A DNA stretch of 63,190 bases, the filler included, from Octopus bimaculoides (lineage: Eukaryota): assembly GCF_001194135.2 (NCBI RefSeq). It is 5 parts of 3 records of this genome, joined end to end, with 100 filler letters (N's around TTAATTAATTAA, not from the genome) between each part and the next. Parts side by side here need not be neighbours in the genome. Positions count along the whole stretch, not along the records: positions 1 to 29,830 come from NC_068990.1; 4 more parts are not named here. One strand, 5' to 3'. Position numbers and translations under genes: made by a program. Each line of letters starts with the position of its first letter. Position 1 is the stretch's first letter. This document shows positions 12,849 through 24,085 of this stretch, one piece after another. The notes under the pieces were generated by a model, which saw only the letters and a list, made by a program, of their open reading frames with translations, searched no databases and was not told the DNA's origin.

Positions 12849-12913
<65 letters not shown>

Positions 12914-13699
12914 TATGGCAAAGAAAATCAATATTATATGAAATATTAAATTCTACAACCTAAGAAAAAGAATATAAAACATAACAACAGCAAAAACAAA
13001 TGACACTAATATTTTATATCTCGTTAGAACTAAGAGGGAAAGTTTTAATGAAGTAGTGAAGAAAAACAAACACTGATTTGAATGGAAGAGTTGTATACAT
13101 ACATACATACATACATACATACATACATACATACATACATACATACATACGGTGTGATTAAAAAAAAATATATACGATAAGAATAAAAATAGAATTATTT
13201 ATGCATAGAAGTAATAATGGTGGTTGATAAATTAGTAGCATTTATATAGGTCTTAGAAGTTTCCTGCAAGAAAACTCTCAGATAAAATATACCTTTCTTG
13301 GTTTGCGAACAATGTTGTAGCTGGCAGATATGTAATTGTATGAAAGCTGAAGAGAAGTGTTGTTACAGATGAGCTGAAGACAAGAGTATGTAAGGGACGG
13401 CGGCGGGGGAGGGGGGAACTAAAAATTTAGATACAAAATTTATATGAGTGCTTCGAAGCTTACCAAATTGGAATCAGGTGATGTATTTTTGGAATCTGGT
13501 TGAATACGAGGCGTATTAGACGTCATTAAGGTGTAGAAAGAATGTAAAATCTCGTTTCTAAAAGAAACAGTTTAAAAAAAAAAAACTCAAATTGTGATCA
13601 TATGGTGTTTTGGAGGGTAACCTGGTAAAATATTAAAAGTATTTTAATGTTATTAACATGTTTTCCATTTTAATAATAATTTTTCCTCCTGAAATTGTC

Positions 13700-13870
13700 G
13701 AGGCGAGCGTGGGCGTTATATCGACCCCCAGAGCTCAGCTTATTTTATCGATCCTCAAAGGATAAAAGGTAAAGTAACCTCAGCAGGATTCGAACTCAGA
13801 ATGTAAAGCGTTGAAAGAAACGCCACGAAGCATTTTGTCCGGCTCAGTAACAGTTTTGTCAGCTTACTGC
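13700..13870 (-). mobile_element. SINE family A, diverged
   Basis: TATCGACCCC, TTTATCGATCC..AAAGGATAAAAGG and GAACTCAGAATGTAAAG motifs on the plus strand. Confidence 0.7.
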
Positions 13871-14399
13871 CGTTGTGATTTTCATCTTATAATAATAATT
13901 CCGCTTGTCATTGCGTTACTTAGCCCGTCGGTAACGCTTTCATGTGATTAGAGAAAAAGGAGAAAGAGGGAGAGAGAAAAAGAGGGAGAGATGAAAAGAG
14001 GGAGAAAGGAGGTGGAGATGGTGGTGGTAATTGGATGGTTGAACCAAGTTATTTATATCACCTATCACTTAACGCATGCGCATAAGTGCAATTCCATGAA
14101 ATATTCACGCTTATTTACGTTGCTGATATATGCAATTTAACTGAAGGTCGTATCATATGTACAGGATATATTTTTTTGTTCATGGGAGAAACGGAAACAT
14201 AAGAATGAATATTTACTTTATGAGTGTTGTGTATAAAGTCTATAAAATTGTGCATAAAGTATATAAAGTGTGTATATATAAAGTGAATTAAGTAATCATC
14301 TGATTCCAATTTCTTTCACTTTTCAATGATGAGCGTCCTCAGAAGAGGATTGAATTGGTAAAACATCCAAAGTTGTTACCTTCATCTAGGTTTTCATTC

Positions 14400-14615
14400 G
14401 TGCCTATCCTTGCCTATGACTATGAATGCTGGGTAATGAGCGAAAGAATTCGACCGCGAATACAAACGGCAGAAAGGAGTCTCTGGAATACCGGTACTCG
14501 ACAGGGTACGTAGCTTGGAGATCGGAGTCTCTTCAAGTCGGGCAGCTACTTCTCTGCATTGAGAGGTCACAACTTCGGCGCAATGGATATGTGATTAAAA
14601 TGTCGCAGGAAAGAA
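14400..14615 (+). mobile_element. RTE-clade LINE (Expander/Rex3-like) 3' ORF fragment
   Basis: Reads VPILAYDYECWVMSERIRPRIQTAE and [23 protein letters not shown], like RTE C-terminal LTYGHELWVMTER...EPLLL.IERSQLRW.GH. Confidence 0.8.
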
Positions 14616-14644
14616 TGTGTGTGTGTGTTGTGTAAGTTTGTTTG

Positions 14645-14875
14645 ATGGATCTCCAAGTCTTATCGACCGAGACTATGGTTGTTATGCAACCACCTCGTTC
14701 TTGGTCTCACCCCTCCACCCATCCGTCTCCCGCCGGTTTTTTCGGCTTGAAAAATCCGTCTTTCGATTCTTTCCTGCGACATTCCAATCGCGTGTCCATA
14801 GTACAACCGGAGCTGTGACCTCTCAATGCAGAGCAGTAGCTGTCCGAGTTGGAGAGACTTCGAGGAATAGGGGAC
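14645..14875 (-). mobile_element. RTE-clade LINE 3' fragment, second copy in opposite orientation
   Basis: ORF 14660-14986 core [54 protein letters not shown] shows the RTE-type G.RPRGRPRTRW end. Confidence 0.8.
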
Positions 14876-15773
14876 GGAAAAAAATGGATGGATGGATGGA
14901 TGGATGAATGGGTGGATGGATGGATGGGTGGATGGAAGGATGGGTGGATGGATGAATGGATGCATGGATCTTATCTCTCTTTTCACACAATAATTGAAAG
15001 CAATACTAGAAATCCCGGATGATCCATCAGATGTGGATTCTCATGTAGAAATAACAAAAGAACAAGAAATAGAAAAAAAAACAAACAAACAAACAAACAA
15101 AATAAAAAGAACGAAAAGTCATTAAGCACTGCCCCCCNNNNNNNNNNNNNNNNNNNNNNNNNNNNNNNNNNNNNNNNNNNNNNNNNNNNNNNNNNNNNNN
15201 NNNNNNNNNNNNNNNNNNNNNNNNNNNNNNNNNNNNNNNNNNNNNNNNNNNNNNNNNNNNNNNNNNNNNNNNNNNNNNNNNNNNNNNNNNNNNNNNNNNN
15301 NNNNNNNNNNNNNNNNNNNNNNNNNNNNNNNNNNNNNNNNNNNNNNNNNNNNNNNNNNNNNNNNNNNNNNNNNNNNNNNNNNNNNNNNNNNNNNNNNNNN
15401 NNNNNNNNNNNNNNNNNNNNNNNNNNNNNNNNNNNNNNNNNNNNNNNNNNNNNNNNNNNNNNNNNNNNNNNNNNNNNNNNNNNNNNNNNNNNNNNNNNNN
15501 NNNNNNNNNNNNNNNNNNNNNNNNNNNNNNNNNNNNNNNNNNNNNNNNNNNNNNNNNNNNNNNNNNNNNNNNNNNNNNNNNNNNNNNNTGAGACCTCGAT
15601 GTTAGATAAATAAAGGATTATTTGTATATGTTATAAATTAGAACAAAGAGTAAAAGGTTGTCATTATAGTACTCGGAGTTTCGAATGTCAGGGTGAAGAG
15701 CTACAATGCATTCTCGGCGGCTCCGTGTACTATAATGACAACCTCTCGCTGCTTGTTCTAAATTGTAGCACGC

Positions 15774-15814
<41 letters not shown>

Positions 15815-15831
15815 CACGCACACACACACAT

Positions 15832-15965
15832 AGTGTCTCGTCAGGTGACCATAGGTTTCAGGCCTTAGGCTAAAACCTATGGTCACTAACAACGTGCTGT
15901 ATTAAAACGGAGCAAGACAGTTTATTTAGCGAGACATCCCTTGTAAAATCACCTGACGAGACACT
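15832..15965. repeat. 134-bp fold-back element with nested inverted repeats
   Basis: Perfect 17-bp arms AGTGTCTCGTCAGGTGA (15832-15848) and TCACCTGACGAGACACT (15949-15965); inner 14-bp arms at 15845-15858 and 15873-15886. Confidence 0.85.
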
Positions 15966-16004
15966 TCTGCATCGAGGGATGCACCCCAACCAGTTGTACA
16001 ATAT

Positions 16005-16053
16005 CCCACCTGTGAGGGATCGATGTAGTATAGATCGAAGAGATCGTTGTGAG
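16005..16053 (+). ncRNA. Degenerate Penelope-type hammerhead-like motif
   Basis: CCCAC-CUGUGA-G-GGAUC(11 nt)GAUC-GAAGAGAUCGUU/GUGAG; architecture fits, but the core lacks one A and has GAAG instead of GAAA. Confidence 0.35.
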
Positions 16054-16172
16054 CAATGAAGTTTCTCGTATGTTCCATTTTACGTCTCTATCTTTTGTTA
16101 TATATGTGTATATTATACATACATACATATATATGTGTTTGTAAAGATACGTATGTATGTCTGTCTATCTAT

Positions 16173-16277
<105 letters not shown>

Positions 16278-16438
16278 GGGACAAATGGATAGATAGATAA
16301 ATAGATAGATAGACAGTGATAGAAAAAATAGAAAATAGAAGCCGTATAGTTCAAAAAGTACTTTTAAAGAACATTTGTAAGGTTTAGAAATTTGTCGATA
16401 GCAACTGAACAAAGAAATTACTTAATTTTGGAAGATAA

Positions 16439-16492
<54 letters not shown>

Positions 16493-16893
16493 NNNNNNNN
16501 NNNNNNNNNNNNNNNNNNNNNNNNNNNNNNNNNNNNNNNNNNNNNNNNNNNNNNNNNNNNNNNNNNNNNNNNNNNNNNNNNNNNNNNNNNNNNNNNNNNN
16601 NNNNNNNNNNNNNNNNNNNNNNNNNNNNNNNNNNNNNNNNNNNNNNNNNNNNNNNNNNNNNNNNNNNNNNNNNNNNNNNNNNNNNNNNNNNNNNNNNNNN
16701 NNNNNNNNNNNNNNNNNNNNNNNNNNNNNNNNNNNNNNNNNNNNNNNNNNNNNNNNNNNNNNNNNNNNNNNNNNNNNNNNNNNNNNNNNNNNNNNNNNNN
16801 NNNNNNNNNNNNNNNNNNNNNNNNNNNNNNNNNNNNNNNNNNNNNNNNNNNNNNNNNNNNNNNNNNNNNNNNNNNNNNNNNNNNNNNNNNNNN

Positions 16894-16939
<46 letters not shown>

Positions 16940-17787
16940 CTGGGACTCAGTTTCCCTCCAGAACCACTGTGTCCTTTGTGACTCTTGCAATTCTACCAAT
17001 CACCATCACTCTTGTCACTCCCACTTCCACCAATCACCGTCTCCACCCAATTGTTATTGTATAATATAGCGCCACAAGAATGTATCATGTATTAATACAA
17101 CTTGCTGATATACAGTAAACATAGCTTATATGTCAGAGTAACTAATCTGACAGCTCTACCGATCACACGTTCGTCAACACCAACAACACCATGACACACT
17201 GCCTCTAATCCTCTGTCCTCCTAAACATTGATTAAACACTAAACTGACCTACTCACTCTTGTTTACATTTTTCGAGATTTACTCTTTATAAAAAAAGTCA
17301 ACTTCCTTGAACTCTCACTCCTTCGTCTGACCCAATTTTATCTGATATTTTGTTGATTATTTCATTAACAACCCACTGCAAAGCTTGTTGTGTTGAGCGG
17401 TTGGCACAAACCTAATGGCCAATGGTTTATATAGCTTCACTTGGAGCCTGTGTGTCCCTGCAAAATAATTTTAGGGGTTTGATGCTTTTTTTTCTCTATA
17501 ACTTGTCAATATATATCTTGTCGAGATACAAACATTAATGTATATTGACACTGTCCTGTAAACCAGTGCTTCTCTAACTGTCGGATGTGGTGTTCTGACA
17601 GTTTTTTCCCTAATGTGCCAGGGACCAGTAATATTTCTTAGTAATATTAATTTATACAAGAAACAATTTATATAATGAACATAATAAAAGCTGACAATTG
17701 TTTTTATCTTATATTTATTTTGTAAGCAAATAATACAATATTACATAAACATTTTATAATGTTTCTTTCTATTCTGGAAGCTTGCTG

Positions 17788-18554
17788 CATACCGGCAGCT
17801 GATGGCTCGCGGACCGGCACTTTGAGTAGCACTGCTGTAAAGTACAGAAGACTGCGTGGACAGTACAAGGAACCATTAAAGTACAGCGAGCTATATTATA
17901 CTGACTACACTGTACAGGGAACAAACAGTTGGAGAGAGACAGACTGTACAGTGAGCTACTGTTTTGGGGTAGATGGTAGCGGACTGTAGCACTTTCTTGT
18001 AACTAAATAAACTGGACAAAGTACAGAGGGCTATACCACCCTGGGGTACATACTTAATGCTGGGTGGGCGGCGGATCTATTTACGCTTAAGTGTCTTGAT
18101 CATGGACATAGTACAGTGAACTACATTTACCAACCGAGGTCCCTACTGTTAGTCAGGGAGACTGTTAGAAGTCAAGTGTCTTTGATAAGGATATTGTATT
18201 GATATTCTGGTACATACAGCTAAATGAAATGGGCTGTTAATAGTTTAAATGCCTTGGTTATGGAAGCAATACAGTGAAGTGTATCATACATTGGTACCTA
18301 CTGAAAGTTAGTCGGGCAGTTGGCAGCTAAGTTCCTTGGTCATAGACACAGACGAGTGAAAGCTACTAGGGTCCTAACTACATAGAGGTAGATGTACTGG
18401 ACTGTTGATAGCCAAGTGTGTTAGTCACAGACACAACAGAGTGAAAGATACGGCAATGTGATACTCGTGTAGACCTGGATGGACTGTTGGCAGCAAAGTG
18501 ATTCGGTAGAGGACATAGTGTTACGAACTGTCTCACACTCGAGTTCCTACTTAG
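17788..18554. mobile_element. ~770-bp unclassified insertion bounded by the 9-bp direct repeat AGCTTGCTG
   Basis: Repeat copies at 17779-17787 and 18555-18563; interior is GC-richer, CAGT/GTAC-rich and has ~83-bp diverged subrepeats. Confidence 0.45.
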
Positions 18555-18726
18555 AGCTTGCTGAAACTTTTCCTTCTTTCCTTTTTTAATTCACAAAGTA
18601 TACTTTACGAAATAAGGCACATTTTTAGTTGTCTTTTAAAAATGATTTTTATATATTAAAAAATATATTTGTGTGTATGTATATATGCGTATGTACAAAC
18701 ATGTATTCATATCAATATATATGTGG

Positions 18727-18804
<78 letters not shown>

Positions 18805-18915
18805 CACCGAGCTGGCAGAATCGTTGGCACGCCGGGCAAAATGCATAGCAGCATTTCGTCCGTTTCTGTGTTCTGAGGTCGACTTCGCCCTTCACCCCGT
18901 CGGGGTTCATTAAAT
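18805..18915 (+). mobile_element. SINE family A, 5' part with internal deletion
   Basis: CCGAGCTGGCAGAATCGTTGGCACGCCGGGCAAAATGC...GAGGTCGACTTCGCCCTTCACCCC. Confidence 0.8.
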
Positions 18916-19560
18916 TGCTGGTATTGTGCCAAAATTTAAAACCAATGCATACACACGCACATTAATCGCAGTGTAAAACATCATATATTCATTACGGCCG
19001 AGCTTACCAATCAGTTTCACACCAGGGGTTCAACAGTGTTAGGTAACAGTCCGATTATGTAACCCTGCGCTCATCAGAGGTAACAGTTATATAGGAATAT
19101 ATACATATGTTTATGTGTGTGTGTGTGTATTTTATTGTATGTATGCATATACATCGTTATGCTGACGTGTTCACTCAGGTTTATATCATTTAAATTCCTC
19201 AAAAAGAAACAGAAAATGGTTTTGATTTTCGAAATTAAAACGAAAAATTACATTCATGCTGAAATTTTAAGAATAAAATCGGATCTGGTGTGTGAGACTG
19301 AAAAGATCCCTGAAATCACTGGTAAGGGCCAGGGATTATAGTAGAATAACATTTTTAAAGAGCTTTCAACAAGGTTGAAATCGGAACCAGGTGGTTGCGA
19401 AATGAGCTTGTTAACCGCACAACCACGTCTGCACCTCGTAGAAACGATAAGTTAAGGTAGCGCGAAGTGGGATAAAGAAACAAAGCTACGTTGTTACGAG
19501 ACGAACTCCTCGACAACATGGCCATGCAAGTGTTCAAATATACAGGTAAAGTCATATACT

Positions 19561-19599
<39 letters not shown>

Positions 19600-19920
19600 C
19601 GTGCGCAGAGACATGCAAAAACACACATTGGCACACATAGATGTATGAATATTGCCGCCATATTTGACTTCAATATACACATCAGATAGAAATATATTTC
19701 ATAAGATCTATTCTAAAATTGTGACGTAAAAATTGATAAGAGGAAAATCTATAGAAATCGTAAGCTCGATAACAAATGTTATGTAAATGGAATATTTTGA
19801 GTTTTATCTGCAATTTTGTTTATGTTTTTCGAATTGTGAAGTGACTGGAATATTGACAAAAAACACTTACTGACAGAAACACACACGTACATATGCGCAC
19901 ACGTACATGTATTTATTACG

Positions 19921-19952
<32 letters not shown>

Positions 19953-20011
19953 GGCCGCAGTCAGATGACTGTAATAAATAAAAGAATAAACATGCACACA
20001 CACATATATAT

Positions 20012-20182
20012 TCTTTTACTCTTTTACTTGTTTCAGTTTCCGTCTACCAAATCCACTCACAAGGCTTTGGTCGGCCCGAGGCTGTAGTAGAAAACATTTG
20101 CCCAAGATGCCACGCAGTGGGACTGAACCCGGGACCATGTGGTTGGTAAACAAGCTACTTACCACACAGCCACTCCTACGCC
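20012..20182 (-). mobile_element. SINE family B with the 3' tail fused to the 5' half (middle deleted)
   Basis: TTTTACTCTTTTACTTGTTTCAGT runs directly into TTCCGTCTACCAAATCC. Confidence 0.9.
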
Positions 20183-20194
20183 TATGTATATATG

Positions 20195-20226
<32 letters not shown>

Positions 20227-20277
20227 TCGTTTTTAGAAAAACATAAATCTGGAGAAGAAGAAGTAGAGGAGTATATA

Positions 20278-20421
20278 TTTTTCCTGGTGAAGGCCGGTTT
20301 ATGGTGTTACCCTAGGTTTCCCGTTCATAAAGGGTTTAACTTTATGGCGCATCATCAGACCCCAGCACCTGTTGGCCTATGACCTTTTGGTAACCCATAA
20401 ACCGGCCTTCACCAGGAAAAA
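20278..20421. mobile_element. 144-bp fold-back (MITE-like) element with ~33-bp inverted arms
   Basis: TTTTTCCTGGTGAAGGCCGGTTTATGG(T)GTTACC at 20278-20311 versus the reverse complement at 20389-20421; a 1-nt indel is the only difference. Confidence 0.9.
20302..20364 (-). ncRNA. Type I hammerhead ribozyme candidate inside the fold-back element
   Basis: UGGGGU-CUGAUGA-U-GCGC-CAUAAAG(UUAAACC)CUUUAUG-AACGG-GAAA-CC(UAG)GG-UA/ACACCA: full core, GUA triplet, stem III, stem I 5/6 paired; stem II closing pair is a G.G mismatch. Confidence 0.6.
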
Positions 20422-20479
20422 AAAAAAATATATATATACATACACATGTCTGTGTTTACATGTATATGTCATATATTCT

Positions 20480-20871
20480 TTTATTTGTCTATTTGTTTCA
20501 GTGATTTGACTTCGGCCATGCTGGAGCACCGCTTTAAGTCGAACATATCGACCCCAGGACTTATATTTTGTAAGCCTAGTACTTATTCTATCAGTCTTTT
20601 ATTTGCCGAACCTCTAAGTTACGGGGACGTAAACACACCAATACCGGTTGCCAAGCGATGGCAGGAGGACAAACACAGACATACGCACACACGCACGCAT
20701 ATATATACATACAAAAAGCTTCTTTCAGTTTCCGTCTACCAAATCCACTCAAAAGGTTTTGGTCGGCCCGTGGCTATAGTAGAAGGCACTTGCCCAAGGT
20801 GCCACGCAATGGGACTGAACCCGGAACCATGTAGTCGGGAAGCGAGCTTCTTACCACACAGCTATTCCTGC

Positions 20872-20872
<1 letters not shown>
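20480..20872 (-). mobile_element. SINE family B, full length
   Basis: All modules present: head, CORE-like part, (TG/TA)n, 3' domain with CCTGGGGTCGAT, GCATGGCCGAAGTC tail. Confidence 0.9.
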
Positions 20873-20921
<49 letters not shown>

Positions 20922-21165
20922 NNNNNNNNNNNNNNNNNNNNNNNNNNNNNNNNNNNNNNNNNNNNNNNNNNNNNNNNNNNNNNNNNNNNNNNNNNNNNNN
21001 NNNNNNNNNNNNNNNNNNNNNNNNNNNNNNNNNNNNNNNNNNNNNNNNNNNNNNNNNNNNNNNNNNNNNNNNNNNNNNNNNNNNNNNNNNNNNNNNNNNN
21101 NNNNNNNNNNNNNNNNNNNNNNNNNNNNNNNNNNNNNNNNNNNNNNNNNNNNNNNNNNNNNNNNN

Positions 21166-21219
<54 letters not shown>

Positions 21220-22659
21220 TAAGTATATGACGTGACTTGGCACTTTCTAGAATGTCACCAGGCACATACTTCTCATTATTAGTGATAATGTCATCAATTC
21301 TATCAAAAGTTTTGTTATTTCGAGTGACTCACAAACCATACTTTAATGCGCTGAGTTCGTCGCCGAGACTGATTATTGCTTCCTTGACGACGCCTGATTG
21401 GCCGCTGCTCACTAATTTGAACTTTGGCTCAAAACGTCCGTATCAAATCCCGGACCGCCTTTCATCAAGCAACTATAAATAGAGAAGGACTGTTTATACG
21501 CAAAAAACACGGTCATGATCTGGCGAGGAGGCTAATAGATACCTCAATCCTCTCTCTCTCTTTCTCTCTCTTGCAAATACCGACAGGGCACAGAAAGTGT
21601 GTCAATGACCAGCTGGAGGAGATGTTCTCCTGGGGCTACAAGCTACAGTAGCATCCACCCTTAGGGGTCAGCCGCATTTAAGTGGCAAATATACTTCACG
21701 TTGTCGTGCAGCCACTGTTTATACCTCGTTCAGATACATACATACATACATACATATATATATATANNNNNNNNNNNNNNNNNNNNNNNNNNNNNNNNNN
21801 NNNNNNNNNNNNNNNNNNNNNNNNNNNNNNNNNNNNNNNNNNNNNNNNNNNNNNNNNNNNNNNNNNNNNNNNNNNNNNNNNNNNNNNNNNNNNNNNNNNN
21901 NNNNNNNNNNNNNNNNNNNNNNNNNNNNNNNNNNNNNNNNNNNNNNNNNNNNNNNNNNNNNNNNNNNNNNNNNNNNNNNNNNNNNNNNNNNNNNNNNNNN
22001 NNNNNNNNNNNNNNNNNNNNNNNNNNNNNNNNNNNNNNNNNNNNNNNNNNNNNNNNNNNNNNNNNNNNNNNNNNNNNNNNNNNNNNNNNNNNNNNNNNNN
22101 NNNNNNNNNNNNNNNNNNNNNNNNNNNNNNNNNNNNNNNNNNNNNNNNNNNNNNNNNNNNNNNNNNNNNNNNNNNNNNNNNNNNNNNNNNNNNNNNNNNN
22201 NNNNNNNNNNNNNNNNNNNNNNNNNNNNNNNNNNNNNNNNNNNNNNNNNNNNNNNNNNNNNNNNNNNNNNNNNNNNNNNNNNNNNNNNNNNNNNNNNNNN
22301 NNNNNNNNNNNNNNNNNNNNNNNNNNNNNNNNNNNNNNNNNNNNNNNNNNNNNNNNNNNNNNNNNNNNNNNNNNNNNNNNNNNNNNNNNNNNNNNNNNNN
22401 NNNNNNNNNNNNNNNNNNNNNNNNNNNNNNNNNNNNNNNNNNNNNNNNNNNNNNNNNNNNNNNNNNNNNNNNNNNNNNNNNNNNNNNNNNNNNNNNNNNN
22501 NNNNNNNNNNNNNNNNNNNNNNNNNNNNNNNNNNNNNNNNNNNNNNNNNNNNNNNNNNNNNNNNNNNNNNNNNNNNNNNNNNNNNNNNNNNNNNNNNNNN
22601 NNNNNNNNNNNNNNNNNNCACATGTAGTTACATTTTGAAAAAAATGAATATATATATAT

Positions 22660-22776
22660 ATATATATAAACGCTCCGATCACCACAAGTATCACTTTTAC
22701 ATTACCTTCTCGCATTCCATACCGTCTTGCCATTTCCACTTTCAATTCGGAGTACTTGGTGATTTTTTTCAACCTC

Positions 22777-22777
<1 letters not shown>
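22660..22777 (-). mobile_element. R4/Dong-like LINE, restriction-like endonuclease fragment
   Basis: Reads KEVEK / KITKYSELKVEMARRYGMREGNVKVILVVIGA, matching the RLE K..KY..L..E....W....V.V.PVVIGALG motif. Confidence 0.75.
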
Positions 22778-22836
<59 letters not shown>

Positions 22837-23387
22837 TATCTGAGAACTGGAAGCCTGGTTTATGTATAACTGAAGAGAAAAATGCACTCAAACACACCCA
22901 CCCACGCAGAACACACACACATAAAACTAGAAAGCCAGAGATAACTCGATAATTGCATTAGATAGAAAGACAGATGCACACCTTCATAGAATATTGGCAT
23001 CAATGTAGATCTCTGGCAGCATGGATACGTATCTTTATAGATGGCTGATTAGCGAGTAATAAATTTCAGCAGGAATTCGCCTACTTCCGGTTGGGATTTA
23101 CGCTTATTTACTTGCTGGTTTAAGCATGTGCATGTGTGTGCATGTTTATAGGCATGCTCGAGTATTTATTTATGTACGTACACACACGTGTGCGCGAACA
23201 CACAGATATATTCAAACACGCACACGCACACGCACACACACACACACATACACACATAATGTGTAGGTATAGGTATATGTGTGTATGGATAAACATATGT
23301 ACTTATATGCATAAGTACAGATAGATACACATAGAGGTATCTCTCTATTCATCTATCTCTATATCTATCTATCTATCCATCCATCCA

Positions 23388-23447
<60 letters not shown>

Positions 23448-23507
23448 CATCCATCCATCCATCCATCCATCCATCGATCTCTCTCTCTCTCTCTCCTCTC
23501 TCCCCCC

Positions 23508-23554
<47 letters not shown>

Positions 23555-23616
23555 NNNNNNNNNNNNNNNNNNNNNNNNNNNNNCCATCTCTCTCTCTCTC
23601 TCTCCTCTCTCCCCCC

Positions 23617-23687
<71 letters not shown>

Positions 23688-23934
23688 GTTTTTAGATATA
23701 GGCATCATTTTCCATTGCAGTGACCTGAAATATATTTTCTGCTTCAGAAATTTGTTTCGCGATCATCCTTATCCTCAAACATCTGAGTAGCAACAAAGAA
23801 CAATTACAATAGTAAAACAAATAATGACCCACACTTTATGTATTGAGTACTACTTTCCCTTTTTGTTTGTAAATGTAAACAGATACACAAACGTACATGC
23901 ATGTTTGTTTCCTTCGGATATTCCTCATCTTTTA

Positions 23935-24085
23935 CTTCTTTCAGTTTTTGCACTGTGGCCATGCTGGGACACTGCCTTGAAGACGTTTAACATAATGAAT
24001 CGACCCCAATTCTGGCATGTTTTAAAAGCCTGGAACTAATTCTATCAATCTCTTTTTGACGATCCGCTAAGTTACATCGGTCATC
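23935..24085 (-). mobile_element. SINE family B, 3' half, diverged
   Basis: GGCCATGCTGGG, TCGACCCC and CCGCTAAGTTAC motifs. Confidence 0.75.

Noticed and set aside
14336-14378. CUCAGAAGA-GGAU...AUCC-AAAG-UUGUU hammerhead-like layout
   Set aside because: Both core halves are broken; only a 4-bp stem supports it.
18320-18520. Regularly spaced repeats as a CRISPR-like array
   Set aside because: Units are diverged along their whole length, the context is eukaryotic and no cas genes are present.
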